Positions 63,065 through 64,000 of a stretch of 64,000 nucleotides of DNA are shown one piece after another. Every line of letters starts with the position of its first letter. Position 1 is the first letter of the stretch. Made by a program: the position numbers and the translations under genes. The stretch is taken from positions 744,001-808,000 of the forward strand of contig OZ237740.1 in the NCBI GenBank assembly GCA_965178125.1, read 5' to 3'. The notes under the pieces are model-generated. The model ran no database searches. It was not told where the DNA came from and saw only the letters and a list, made by a program, of their open reading frames with translations. The stretch is from Bilabrum cf. latius. Lineage: Eukaryota.

Positions 63065-63559
63065 AAGGCCACAGTAGGTTACACTTTCTCAAGTGCAATT
63101 ACATTGCTATAAGCAAAAAAAAAAGAGAAATCCATCATCGCTTCACCTTCCAGCGCTGTCCAGGTAATCTTCCATTCGTTGCACCTCAAGCACTCCTTCG
63201 TTGACAAGTTGTTTAGCTCCTTCTGAATCAACGTACTGCTCCCTGAATCTGCTCTACACATAGAGCTTCATGGCTAGCCTGTCGTCTACGGTTCTGCATC
63301 GAGCTGCTGCCCTCAAGCAACGCCGGTACAGCGAGCAAATGGATCGTCTGACGGGAGTAGGGAGACGAATCATGCACAATGATTCTTTAAGTTATCAGTT
63401 GCCCCGTCGAATCATCTGCGTTTAGCAGAATTCTATTTGTACAAGACATACTTGTCGCGTTCATCTTCATTTCAAGAAGTGCACTCGTCATCATTTGATG
63501 AAGAATCGCCGATTGTGCAGATGGCTTTTCCTCGCGTACAGTGCAAACCATAACAGGTC

Positions 63560-64000
63560 ATGGACTATGGTAGCGGTTTCGGGGATATATTGCATCATGC
63601 AGATTCCCAGAAGTTGCGACATTTGTGCTAGGTTGCTCCCCTTGCGACAGCAGAGATGCTGAACTTCCACCGCTACGGGACACTGCAACAGTCTAGCTTT
63701 CACTTGTTAGCCCGGGCTGAATCTCTTGGGGATGAGAAACTAGTGGCGATTGAGTCTGCTAGGGCTGGATTTGGCGTTCCTGTTGGTCTAGATGCCACAG
63801 GGAGATCACCCTTGCACGATGCTGTGGAGGCTTGCTCCCACAGAGTTGTAGACGCGCTTCTAGACGCCGGGGCTGAGCCAGACTTGACAAGCGATGGTTG
63901 CGGATGCAGTTGCTTATACTTGGCGGTGCGTCGGGGAGATACAAGCGTGGTGGCGTCGTTGCTAAGGAACGGGGCAACCGCAGACTTCAGCAGCGACTCT
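63560..64000 (+). CDS. Ankyrin-repeat protein (5' part, runs off the window)
   Basis: ATG 63560, one TAG, then GRSPLHDAVEACSHRVVDALLDAGAEPD and GCSCLYLAVRRGDTSVVASLLRNGA. Confidence 0.8.

Noticed and set aside
63079-63977. Minus-strand ORFs 63079-63261, 63491-63703 and 63759-63977
   Set aside because: No motifs; the latter two overlap the plus-strand ankyrin gene
290-64000. Reading the TAG-broken genes as pseudogenes or sequencing errors
   Set aside because: The interruptions I checked are all TAG, occur without frameshifts in essential genes, and fall on conserved Gln positions
5280-64000. Pyrrolysine, Leu or ciliate-type (TAA+TAG) reassignment
   Set aside because: Aligned positions indicate Gln, and TAA appears at true C-termini (ADE2, SpoU, primase) and not inside the frames I translated

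Overview
Eukaryotic (protist) nuclear DNA. From 5223 to the end it is GC-rich and gene-dense, with short GT-AG introns. The style resembles heterotrophic stramenopiles such as bicosoecids, but the taxon cannot be established from this window. The key observation is that UAG is a sense codon, almost certainly Gln, while UAA and UGA still terminate. Reading TAG as Q joins the fragmented ORF track into complete genes: ADE2, a C2H2 zinc-finger array, an APS-kinase-like protein, an ATP6AP2-like protein, a DSP-like pseudophosphatase, transportin, RPT4, an MRM1-like SpoU methylase, PDS5, two secreted beta-helix glycan enzymes, a ~2360-aa hybrid histidine kinase with a rhodopsin-like membrane domain, and an ankyrin protein. 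RPL17 is also present and has no TAG. Bases 1-5222 are the end of a very AT-rich integrated virus-like element that uses the same code. It carries a 932-aa primase/SF2 helicase with 11 in-frame TAGs, two small genes with a shared promoter motif, six 59-bp imperfect palindromes, a tRNA-like Pol III unit and a nested terminal hairpin at the host junction. At 7457-12979, two diverged 2.76-kb TIR elements, each with its own self-matching TIR pair, sit head-to-tail between three copies of the same AAAAT target duplication. All homology calls come from motif recognition by eye; no searches were run.
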